A stretch of 20,000 bases of DNA from Lama guanicoe. Its lineage: Eukaryota. Positions within the stretch are counted from its first letter, which is position 1; the number at the start of each line of letters is the position of its first letter. Location of the stretch: positions 56,809 through 76,808 of the forward strand of contig MU053584.1 in assembly GCA_013239625.1 (NCBI GenBank), written 5' to 3'. Shown one piece after another: positions 10,030 to 20,000 of this stretch. The position numbers and the translations under genes were made by a program. Under the pieces are notes generated by a model. It had not been told where the DNA came from. It made no database searches and worked only from the letters and a program-made list of their open reading frames with translations.

Positions 10030-10700
10030 GGACGGTTCATTCTTATGGGAGGCAGAAAATCGAGCTGAAGAAGTCAAACAGTGAGTGGTTCCAAGTGCTA
10101 CGTAGAGAATTAAGGACACAGTGTACTAAGAAATGACTTGGTTACTCTTCTACTGGATCAACAGAAAATAACCTCTCTCAGGTAGTGATTTTTAAGGAGA
10201 AATATTCACCTACCAGGTAAAGAACAAGGAAACAAACAGCATTATTAGCAGAGGGAAGAGTTAGTTCAAAGCTCCTAACATGAAATGAGCTTGGGAAGTC
10301 TGGGGGAGAAGAAAGGCCACTGTAGCACGAATGGACAAGGGGGAAGAGTGGTATAAAGTCAGCGAGTTGGACACTCGCAAACCCACCCAGGGCTTTATAA
10401 ACTGCAAGGAGTCTGGAGTTTATTCTCATGTGATGGGAGGCCAACGGAGTGTTCTGTATTGGGGAGGAACAGAGTCTGATTTATGTCACAGACCAGGCTG
10501 GCTGCACTGTGGTGAAGGAACACTGGGACAGTCCTTGGGAACTGTCTCAGTGGCCTAGGTGAGATGACAGTGTCCTGGGTGAGGACGGTGGCAGTAAAGA
10601 GGGAGAGAACTAGAGGGATGACAGATATGTTCCTGAGACATAGGTGACAGAGCTCGGTGACAGACTGACTGACTATCTTACAGATGAAAGAGAGAACTTA
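10030..10700 (-). mobile_element. L2 LINE fragment
   Basis: Purine-rich antisense L2 text (gcagagggaagagttagttcaaagctcct, ggagtctggagtttattctcatgtgatgggaggcca, ggtggcagtaaagagggagagaa). Confidence 0.8.
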
Positions 10701-10723
10701 AGGAGTTGCTTATGAGACGAACT

Positions 10724-10985
10724 TACAGTATAGTTTTTTAAAATTGAAGTACAGTCAGTTTACAATGTTGTGTCAGTTTCTGGTGGACAGCACAACGTTC
10801 CAGCCATACACAAACATGCGTCTACTGGTGGGAAGGGATACACTGGGAGTTTGAGATTTGCAGATACGAACTACTACGTATAAAATAGATAAAAGCAAGT
10901 TTCTTCTATAGAACACAAGAAACTATATATTCAATAACTTGTAGTAACCTATAATGGAAAAGAATATGAATACAATATAGCTTTT
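10724..10985 (-). mobile_element. Short twin-primed (5'-inverted) L1 3' end with 15-bp TSD
   Basis: Minus-strand terminal piece ~10739-10822 plus inverted upstream piece ~10823-10970. TSD tacagtatagttttt (10724-10738) / tacaatatagctttt (10971-10985) followed by AA. Confidence 0.85.
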
Positions 10986-11001
10986 AAAAATAGAAACATA
11001 C

Positions 11002-11117
11002 CTCTTTCATAAACTATTCAAAGTCTTTATCCAGCTCTTCTTTGGAATAATGCACCATTATCAATAATAGTCACCACCCAAAATAAACATTCCGAGGTAT
11101 TTACAACATTGGAAACA
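11002..11117 (-). pseudogene. CEP162: Unprocessed duplicate of the CEP162 (KIAA1009/QN1) first coding exon, with premature stop
   Basis: Minus strand: acceptor cttgtcatttag, 59 nt UTR, ATG at 11058, translation MVHYSKEELDKDFE*FMKE, donor GAG|GTATGT at 11002/11001. Recalled human CEP162 N-terminus is MANCSQEELDEEFEQFMKE|LSDDSF. TAG at 11016-11014. Confidence 0.88.
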
Positions 11118-11210
11118 CTAAATGACAAGTGATTACAAATAGCCTTCAAGGAGATCCATATCACATCACAAAAACAGCCAGTCATGAACTTCAGAAATTC
11201 CTCCTTTGAT

Positions 11211-11264
11211 TTAGCTCATATGCACAGTTATTGGCCATTAGCTCATATGCACAATTCTTGGCTA
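11211..11264. repeat. 27-bp tandem duplication (2 copies)
   Basis: ttagctcatatgcacagttattggcca / ttagctcatatgcacaattcttggcta. Confidence 0.9.
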
Positions 11265-11594
11265 GTAAGCTGGACAAGAAATTTCTAATTTATTAAGAAA
11301 ACTGGGGACAGTGGTTAGCGTCTTTTCGCCTCCCCGGGCGCAGGTTAGAGTGGTCGCAGTTTCCCAGGATAATCTGGCGGATGGGAGCAGTCACTGCTGC
11401 ACGGCTGGGGACTCCACGGCTGCCTTCTTTGCGCTCCTGGGAGTCACAATCAGATTCATTTACATCTATGTTGATTTCACACACATGTGGTCGTGAAGAT
11501 GGGACCCAGGATGCAGACAGTCTGTCTGTGTACTTCCACCCTGAGGCCTCCCTTGACATCGAGTAGAAACCCGACATCCACTTTTCCAACTGCA

Positions 11595-11800
11595 CCGCAT
11601 TCATTCATCCACGTGAACCAGAACTGATGGACCCCATTCCCTCTCCATCAACCTTAGTGTTGCTTTAATTCCCACTGTTTCAACCAGTGATGTGATGAAC
11701 ACCCTTGAAAAGACATTTTGAATAGCTGTGCAAGGACTTTAGTGGGATGAACTCTAAGGATCAGCACTGCTGAGGCACGGATGCAACTGTGGCCCTTTGA
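11595..11800 (-). mobile_element. Very degenerate L1M fragment
   Basis: ttcatccac...tgatggac...tgatgaacacccttg...tgtgcaaggactt...aaggatcagcactgctgaggca is colinear with the antisense L1 ORF2/3' UTR junction. Confidence 0.5.
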
Positions 11801-12399
11801 TGTGCTCTGTACCCTATTCCCCTGGAGAGAAGTGTCTGTTAACTCTTCCCTCCAGGGGACCTGCTGGGGCTACTGCCTCCTTACATTGTCACCAGGCTAA
11901 AGACCTGCCAGCGTGATGGTGACCAGTGCTGTCCCGCAGTATGTCCGTCTGCCTGTGTCCTCACCTGACAGGTCGAGCATCTCTAGCACACACTGGCCAC
12001 CTGCACTGCCTCTCATTGGAACTGCCTGTGTGTGTTCAGTTTCTGTTGGGAACACTGGATTTCAAGAGGATTTTGGACCACAGGGATTTGAAAATTTTTT
12101 TCTCCAACATTGGGTTATGAGGAACACTTATTTCAGGTTGTGGTTTGTCTTTCCAGCTGTTTTTCTGGGCTTTTGCTTGTTTTTTGATGTGTTTGGTGGT
12201 GGTTTCGCACAGGAATAGCTAAGCATCTCCCTTCTGTCCTCTGGCTGTGGTGTCACAGGGGGAACAGTAGTGTCTACCCTGAGATTATGCACAGTTACTA
12301 AAAGGGCTTCATTTTGTACGTCTCATCTTTAATCTGTCTGGATTTTCCTCTCAAAACATAACAATGTTAATTCATGTAAAAACAAAAAAATTCACCAGT

Positions 12400-12705
12400 C
12401 CTCACTTACGAGATTTGGGCAGACAGAAAAAGCCACCTTTTGTATGATGTCAGTGATAGGGAACCTCCAGGATAGGTAAAGCGTCAGAGAGAGAGAAAGG
12501 GGCTTAGTTTTTGTCAGGGGCTGGGGGAGGGAGTACATGGTGTGTGCTTCGGTTACAAGCTTTTACTCTGAGGAAGGAAATAGTCTGAAATAGACAGTGG
12601 TGTTGGGCTCACAGCATTGTGAGTGCACTTAATGGTACTGAATTGCACAATTTAAAATGGGAAAAGGCTAAGCTTTATTCTTGTAAACTTAAACCATAAG
12701 AATAG
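12400..12705 (+). mobile_element. L1MB-type 3' end
   Basis: agacagaaaaagccaccttttgtatgat...gtcaggggctggggg...tgtgagtgcacttaatggtactgaattgcacaatttaaaatgg. Confidence 0.82.
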
Positions 12706-12712
12706 ATGATTC

Positions 12713-12991
12713 TGTATTAGAAAAGAACAAACCTGACTCCACATTAGATCTGTTCTTTTGGCTTTAACCCTGTGCCCTGTTTTTGAGGCTTAGTCTTGCT
12801 AGCTCTGCACCCTTTGTTAAACAATGTTGCCTTTAGCCTGTCTGGTAAACAGGAGAGCTGTTTTCAAGGTTTTGACTTTTAAGGATTTAACACTTATGTA
12901 CTGCTATAAAGACAAGCTTCAGAATAGAAAAAGTTTTGTTTTGTTAGAGGTTTTACAGGGGCACCATGACCTGACACCACATGGACAGCTG
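12713..12991 (+). mobile_element. ERV LTR 5' (U3) portion, ERV1/MER41-like artiodactyl family
   Basis: Begins TGTattagaaaagaacaaacctgactccacattagatctg; inverted homologue at 13140-13420. Confidence 0.8.
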
Positions 12992-13420
12992 CAGACCAAG
13001 ATAATGGCCGACTGATGTCCTGGAGAACCATCTTCCCCAAGTCAGACTTCAGGCTCCTTTTCTACTGAAGAGGGGAGGTGCTGTGGTTGGTTGTCGCAAA
13101 CTTCTTGGTGTAGGATTTCTTTGTTCTTGGAATCCTTTCCAGCTGTCCAAGTGGGTCAGGTCATGGTGCCTTGTAAAACCTCCAACAAAACAAACTTTAC
13201 TTTCTATTCTGCAACTTGTTGTCTCTATAGGAGTGCAAAGTATTCACATCCTTAAAGGTCAGAGCCTTGAGAATAGGCTCTCCTATGCATCTCAGGCTAA
13301 AGGCAACATTGTTTTACAAAAGGTGCAGAGCCAGCAAGAGTAAGCCTAGAAAACAGGGCACAGGGTAGAAGGAAAAGAAACAGATTTAATATGGAGTCAG
13401 ATTTGTTCTTTTCTACTACA
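12992..13420 (-). mobile_element. Second LTR of the same family, opposite strand, truncated before its polyA signal
   Basis: Reverse complement begins TGTagtagaaaagaacaaatctgactccatattaaatctg and continues through a TATA-like agtagaaaaggagcctgaa to gccattatcttggtctgc. Confidence 0.8.
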
Positions 13421-13619
13421 GTGCCTTTTGGTGAGAGTTAAGAGGATGTTTCCTGGGCAGGTCCTCCTCTGTCCCAGGCTGGGGTTCAAAGCAGGAGCCC
13501 TGCCACGTTCACCATGACTGATCTCTTGCAGGGCCTGATCTGCAGAGAATGTAACAATTATCAGTGATTAAAATTACCTGTCAGAATCACTTCAATTGCC
13601 TGTAAAGTATATCATGGTG

Positions 13620-14337
13620 GGGGGAGGGTGGGAGGAGGCAGGCAGGGGACATCTCATTGGTCCCTCAACAGTAAGTCTCCTCTGATGCAAGGGACCAGGG
13701 TCATGGTAGATTCCAAGGTGGCCAGGCCAGCGCAGCTGCCTGCTTGGTTCTCCAGCCTTGGGTTCTCAACATGGACACTTTCTAATCTCCTGTCCCTTTT
13801 CCCTCTCCTGGCATGAATGTGCATGGTCCCTGCACCCACCTGGGCTGAACCCAGGCCCCTCACACAGCCCCCCACCTGCTATCCATCCCTGGGCTCAGTT
13901 GCACCCTCATCCCCCAACAGGTCATAGTGCCCAGCGCCTCAGCCCTCAGGGTCCGGATCACCATCCGGGATGTCAACCACCCAAGGCCCACAGGGCAGTG
14001 GTGGGCAGCCTGGGACCACCCTGACCCCCAGGCTCAGATGAGGCACAGGGCTCGGGGTTGAGGGCACCCAGGGGGAATTGGAGCTGCCTCCAGCCTGGCC
14101 TGCTGTGCCCTATAGCCTCAGACATTGGCTGTGCTGCCTCACACTAGGCCAGATCCCCTGCTGGTGGCAGTCGCCATAGTGGCCAGAGCCCAGAATTCCC
14201 AGCCCCATGTGTGGGGTGAGGGTGTCAGGTGTCAGCTTAGGGTAGGGGTGCATTAGGGGTGAGGGGGGATCCTGTGGTAAAGGGGGACAGTCTGAGGGGT
14301 GAGGGGGACCATCTTGGGATGTTGGGGGAATCCTGCC
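13620..14337. other. GC-rich, CpG-depleted segment (probable decayed duplicated CpG island)
   Basis: High G+C with abundant TG/CA and few CG. A compositionally similar block resumes at 16840-17145. Confidence 0.6.
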
Positions 14338-14624
14338 TTTTTTTGTTTTTTTTGGTTAGTTTGAATGCTTTATGTTTGAACAGTGGAATAAATACCATTG
14401 AAGTTAATTGGCAATCAATATATTCTAGGCAGCACAGCGCAACTGATTACGCACCAAACAATGAAATGTCTAATTACATAGATGCACAGTGTCCTTGATT
14501 AACATTAATATCCTTTCAGCCTATCTATTTGCACTGTATACCATGTATGACATTGTGTTAATCATTAATTAATCATACTGATTGCATTAGTCATTAATTA
14601 ATCATTAATCCCTCCGAAATCAAA

Positions 14625-16840
14625 ATTTTTTACATTTTTTATTGATTTATGTCATTTTACAACGTTGTGTCAAATTCCAGTGTTCAGCACAATTTTTCAG
14701 TCATATATGGACATACATACACACTCATTGTCACATTTTTTTCTCTGTGAGCTACCATAATATTTTGTGTATATTTCTCTGTGCTGTAGAGTATAATCTT
14801 GTTTATCTATTCTACAGTTTTGAAATCCCAGTCTATCTCTTCCCACCCTCCGCCCCCCTGGCAACCACAAGTGTATTCTCTGTCTATGAGTCTATTTCTG
14901 TCCTGTATTTACACTTTGTTTTTGTTTGTTTGTTTTTGTTTGTTTAGATTCCACATATGAGCGATCTCATATGGTATTTTTCTTTCTCTTTGTGGCTTAC
15001 TTCACTTAGAATGACATTCTCCAGGAGCATCCATGTTGCTGCAAATGGCATTATGTTGTTGGTTTTTATGGCTGAGTAGTATTCCATTGTATAAATACAC
15101 CACATCTTCTTTATCCAGTCACCTGTTGATGGACATTTAGGCTGTTTCCATGTTTTGGCTATTGTAAATAGTGCTGCTATGAACATTGGGGTGCAGGTGT
15201 CTTCGCATTGGAATTCCCTCCAGATATATACCCAGAAGTGGGATTGCTGGTTCAAATGGGAAGTCTATTTTTTGTTTTTTGAGGAATTTCCATACAGTTT
15301 TCCATAATGGCTGCTCCAAACGGCATTCTCAGCCACAGTGTAGGAGGCTTCCTTTTTCTCCACACCCTCTCCAGCATTTCTCATTCATGATTGCCATTCT
15401 GACTGGTAGGAGGTGAGAGTTCATTGTAGTTTTGATTTACATTTGTCTTACAGAGATATTGAGCATTTTTTCATGTGCCTGTTGGCCATTTGTATGTCTT
15501 CATTGGAGAAATGCGTGTTTAGGTCTTATGCCCGTTTTTGGATTGGGTTGTTTTTTATTATTGTATGAACTGTTTATATGTTCTGGAAATTAAGCCTTTG
15601 TCAGTCGCATTATTGGCAAATATTTTCTCCCATTTGTTGTCGTTTTGTTTATGGTTTCGTTTGCTGTGCAAAAGCTTGTAAGTTCAGTTAGGTCCCATTT
15701 GTTTATTTTTGCTTTTATTTCTGTTGCTTCGGTAGGCTGCCCTAGGAGAAGATTACTGAGAAGTATGTGAGATAATGTTTTGTTTATGTTTTCTTGTAAG
15801 AGACTTAGTTAAGTCTTGTCTTATATTTAAGTCTTTAAGCCATTTTGAATTTCTTTTTGCGTATGGTGTGAAGGGGTATTCTAATATCATTGATTTGCAT
15901 GCAGCTGTCCAGTTTTCCTTACACCATCTGCTGAAGAGACTGTTTTCACTCCGTTATATGTTCTTGCCTCCTTTGTCAAAGATGATTTGAGTGAAAGTTC
16001 ATGGGTTTATGTCTGGTCTCTCTATCCTGTTCCATCAATGCACAGGTCTGTTTCTGTACCAAGACCATGCTGGTTGGATTGTAGCTCTGTAGTAGCGTGT
16101 GAAGTCTGGGAGGGTTATCCTTCCTGCTTCGTTCATTTTCTTCAATAATGCTATGGTAATTCTGGGTCTTTTGTGATTCTGTGTAAGTTTTAGGGTGATT
16201 TGTTCTAGTTTTGTGAAAAATGTCCTGGGTGATTTGATAGGAATCTGTAGGTTGCTCTGGGCATATGGTCATTTTAACAATATTAATTCTTCCAATGCAA
16301 GAATCTGGGCTATCTTTCCATTTCTTTGTAAGTCTTCTTTAATTTTTTTGATCAGGGTTTTGTAGGTCTCCACATGTAAGTCTTTCACTTCCTGGGTCAG
16401 ATTTATTCCTAAGACTTTTATTTTTTCTGGGTGCAGTTTTCAAAGGGATTATTACCTTTGTGTAAATAAACGCCACTGATTTCTATATGTTGATGTTGTG
16501 TTCTGCTGCCTTGTTGAATTCTTTTATTAGCTCTAGTCATTTTTGTGGGGAGCCTTTAGGGTTTTCCATGTACAGTATTATGTCATCCACATACAGTGAC
16601 AGCTTTACCTCTTCTCTTCCAGTTTGGATCTCTTATTTCTTTTTGTTGTCTATTTGCTCTACTAGGACTTCCAATACTATATTACGTAGAAGTGGTGAGA
16701 GTGGGCATCCTTGTCTTGTTCCAGATGTTAGCAGACAGGCTTTCAGCTTTTCAGTGTGGAGTATGATGCTGGCTGTAGGTTTGTTATAAATAACTTTTAT
16801 CATGTTGAGATATGTTCCCTGTATACCCAGTTTAGTAAGA
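14625..16840 (-). mobile_element. 5'-truncated L1 (~2.2 kb; 3' UTR plus ORF2 C-terminal part), camelid type
   Basis: 3' end aataaaaaatgtaaaaaa on the minus strand. ORF 14944-15255 gives the ORF2 C-terminus ([23 protein letters not shown]...WIKKMW.IYTMEYYSAIK...ILSEVS). Multiple frameshifts. Confidence 0.96.
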
Positions 16841-17145
16841 CCAGGGGCTCAGTGTGGTCAGGGGGCTGGGAGGATGGCAGCAGCAGTAGCAGTGGTGGGA
16901 GGAGAGGGGCTCCCCCTTGCCAGCCAGTCATTTGCTCCCATCTCCCCAGTGGCCTGGCCTGGGGCAGCCTCTGTTGCCCCAGGTTCGCTGGAGGTGCGTC
17001 CTCAGGTCAGCCGGCTCCTGGGAGGAGGGCGCGGTGCCCTGAGTGGGCAGTGTCTGGCCGCGGGCAAGGACTCCCAGAGGACTGGGTTCTAGCCTGGGGT
17101 AGCTGACTCTCCTAACCTTTCTTTTGCTTTCTCTGGTGGTAGCTG
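16840..17145. other. GC-rich, partly CpG-decayed non-repeat segment between two L1s
   Basis: ggcagcagcagtagcagtggtggg looks like a deaminated (GGC)n run. Ends in a branch/polypyrimidine/AG-like tract (ctgac..ctaac..tttcttttgctttctctggtggtag). Confidence 0.55.
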
Positions 17146-17149
17146 TAGC

Positions 17150-18275
17150 GGTGTTTCCATTATAGGATATTAGTAGATATTGGTAGGACTCTGTGCTATA
17201 CAGAAAAAACTTTTTTTTGAATCTATATGTGTAGTAACTAACATGTAAATCTCAAACTCCCAAATTTATCCCTTCCCACCTCCTTTCCCTGGTAACCATA
17301 AGATTGTTTACTATGTGTATGACTCTTTCTGTATTGAGTTCAAATGAATTCATAGTGTCCTTTTTCTTTCCTTCTTTGGATTCCACATTTGAGCGATATC
17401 ATATGGTATTTTTCTTTCTCTTTCTGGCTTACTTCACTTAGACTGATGATCTCTAGGTCTATCCACGTTGCTGCAAATAGCATTATTTTATTTTTTTTAT
17501 GGCAGAGTAGTATTCCATTGTAAAAATATACCCCAGTTTCTTTATCCAGTCATCTGTTGCTACCTTTAGGTTGCTTCCATGTCTTGGCTGTTGTATAGGG
17601 TGGTGTTGTGAACATTATGGTGCAAGTGTCTTTTTGCATTACAGTTCCTTCCAGATATATTCCCGGAAGTGGGATTGCTGGATCAGATGGTAAGTCTATT
17701 TTTAGTTTTTTGAGGAATCTGCATACTGTTTTCCATAAGGTCTACACCAAACTACATTCCCACCAACAGTGTAGGGGGTTTCCTTTTCTCCATACCTTCA
17801 GCATTTGTCATTCAGGGACTGTTGAATGATGGCCATTCTGACTGGTGTGAGGTGATAGCTCATTGTAGTTTTGATTTGCATTTCTCTGATAATAGTGATA
17901 GTATTTTTTCACGTGCCTGTTGGCCATTTGTGTGTCTTCTTTGGAGAATTGTTTGTTCAGGTCCTCTGCCCATTTTGGGGTTGGGTTTGTTTTTTGTTAC
18001 TCACTTGTATGAGCTGTTTACATATTCTGGAAATTAAGCCTTTGTCAGCCGCATCATTTGCATGTATTTTCTCCCATTCGTAGCGTAGATTATTGTTTTG
18101 TTTCGCTTATGGTTTTCTTCTCTGTGGGGAAGGTTATGAGTTTAATTGGGTCCCATTTGTTTATTTGTGTTCTTATTTGCATTGCCTGGGTAGACTGCCC
18201 TAGGAGAACGTTGCTAAGAATTATGTCTGAGAATGTTTTGCGTATGTTTTCTTTAAGCTGATTTATTGTGTCTTA
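17150..18275 (-). mobile_element. L1 fragment (3' UTR plus ORF2 C-terminal part), extreme 3' end missing
   Basis: atctcaaactcccaaatttatcccttccc...tctggcttacttcacttag...ccaaactacattcccaccaacagtgtagg; colinear with the L1 at 14625-15830. Confidence 0.93.
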
Positions 18276-18289
18276 TCCATCTGCATCTT

Positions 18290-19170
18290 AATCCTAGACT
18301 CTAGATCTGTTCTTCAGTTTCAAATTTTGAGCTTCTTAGAGAACACCTACTCTTAGCTCACATGTCAGATTCAACATGACTTAAACTGAATTCATTATCT
18401 TTTTCTTGAACTGACTTCCACTTGCAGCATCTCTACTTACTCAGTGGGAGAATCATTCCTCCGGTCCTGGATACCCAAAGCCTTGGAATGGTCTCTGATT
18501 TCTCTGTCTCGCACCATCCTCCACATTTTGTCAGCTCCCGGAACTGCACATTCTTGGTTTCAAGTGTCCATTCTGATTGCTGATACTCTGATGGAGAGCT
18601 TTCATCCCTGACACCTGAATTTTCCCCTCTGTTGAACTCTTGGATATTCTCTCCCCACCCTTCAGTCCACCTACGGTTTCGACCCTCCAACATCGAGAGT
18701 CAAGTCAAAGACTTACCGCAACCAGATCTCTCATCCAGGTAGTCTCGGCCCTCCATCATTTTGGCCCTGCCTTATCTGTTCCAATCATTATGTGCCTTAG
18801 CCTCCTAGAGTAGCCTGTGCTTTATCACAAGCCAGGAGGATCCAGCTTTTTTCCATCCAGTTCTCAGTTAAAATAGCTTAGATTACCCCAGGAACCAGTT
18901 GGAGCCCCATCCCCTTCATAGAGTCTTCCCTATTTACTGCAACTCCTTCTAGCTCCTCTTTGTATTCCTGCACTGTTTATGATCGATAGCCTGTAATCTT
19001 GGCTTTGAGTACTGACTTGGTACCATTCCCGGGTGGTTTCCAATGTTTCTCCTCACTTAGCTGGTAAGTGGAGAAGGCTCCCATGTTCAGCCTCCTTTAT
19101 ACCCCTCACCCTGCTTAGCATCGGGCAACAGCGGGCATCCAGGCAGTGCTTTCCTAGTTGATTTATTCAC
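18290..19170 (+). mobile_element. L2 LINE fragments
   Basis: attcaacatgacttaaactgaattcattatctt...cccaaagccttggaatggtctctgatttctctgtctc, and a 3'-like ctgcttagcatcgggcaacagcgggcatccagg. Confidence 0.7.
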
Positions 19171-19424
19171 AGGGGTGGTGGTCTGGAACATAGCTAATAA
19201 CTTTTAATTCAGTGTTGTAATTGAAAATGAGGAAGGCCTAGAAAATCCATAAAAATTTATCTCTATGTTGAGTTTAGTGCTTAACCTCAATGATTTTCTT
19301 AACTGTGCATTTACATTCACATAGTGTTCAGTGCTTGTACGTTTCCCTGAGACAAGCAGGTGAGATGTTATTATGTTTGACTTTCACGTTACATTTCATA
19401 TTGGATATATTTGTGGAATCAGAA

Positions 19425-19535
19425 AACCTTATTTTATTAGTACACAGCCGGAAGCTCAGAGAGACTAAGTGCGTCACCCAGGGTCACCTGGTCAGTGTTG
19501 GGCACAGGCCAGGACCGCGGTTCACATCTTCCAGC
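19425..19535 (-). mobile_element. MIR SINE fragment
   Basis: gaagctcagagagactaagtgcgtcacccagggtcacctggtcagt resembles the antisense MIR core. Confidence 0.7.
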
Positions 19536-20000
19536 TGATGCTGCTCCTCTTCCAGTGCCTTTTCATTCCAGTGCTGGGAAATGTAGCCCCATCAGCCACA
19601 TGGCCAAGTCACATTGCTGCCCCTTTACCTGCCAGTGATGGCAATGCTACGAAAAGTGGCAAAAGAAAGGTCAGAAATAGGAGTGGTAAAAGACATGGAA
19701 GTGCTGGAAGTGGATCCTCAACCTCCTCCTCCCTGTTTGAGCGCCTCACACGTGTCCCACCCTGACAGTGCTATTCATTGTTTATAACATAGTGTTTACC
19801 ATCAGCCTGATCTTGCATAAGACATGCTTTTACTCTGGTCCCTTCCCTGCTAGTAGTCACTGTCAGGGACAGAAGGTGCCTGACCATGCTCTGTGCATGT
19901 CTACTTGCTCTGAAGAGAAGGTGGATGGAGATTGGGCAGTCACACATTCCAAGCAAATGAGACTCTCGGTACTGAAGCTTACTTTGGGAATGGAATTTTC

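Noticed and set aside
11293..11604. 103-aa minus-strand ORF
   Set aside because: No recognisable protein; starts at the edge of a degenerate L1 and crosses probable promoter remnant.
12713..13420. MITE/DNA transposon with long terminal inverted repeats
   Set aside because: The arms are LTR U3 sequence, the spacer is LTR continuation, and there is no TSD.

Overview
Mammalian genomic DNA, very likely camelid (Vic-1-type tRNA-derived SINE, camelid-type L1 3' ends). It is repeat-rich (L1, L2, MIR, ERV LTR) and has no intact protein-coding gene. The non-repeat sequence looks like a mosaic of duplicated gene 5' ends. (i) At ~6140-7060 (+) is a diverged, unprocessed copy of the MAPK1/ERK2 promoter, exon 1 and start of intron 1; it has lost the start ATG but is still a dense CpG island with an intact splice donor. 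(ii) At 11002-11117 (-) is a copy of the first coding exon of CEP162 with a premature stop, facing the MAPK1 copy. (iii) At 13620-14337 and 16840-17145 is a CpG-decayed GC-rich island of unknown origin, split by an L1 that appears to carry a ~270-bp 3' transduction. Also present are a polyadenylated ~590-bp retroposed insert with a 26-bp target-site duplication, a 708-bp quasi-palindrome of two fused inverted LTRs, a twin-primed L1, and unidentified minus-strand exon-like segments. Gene and repeat identities come from recalled sequences, not database searches, and repeat boundaries are approximate.
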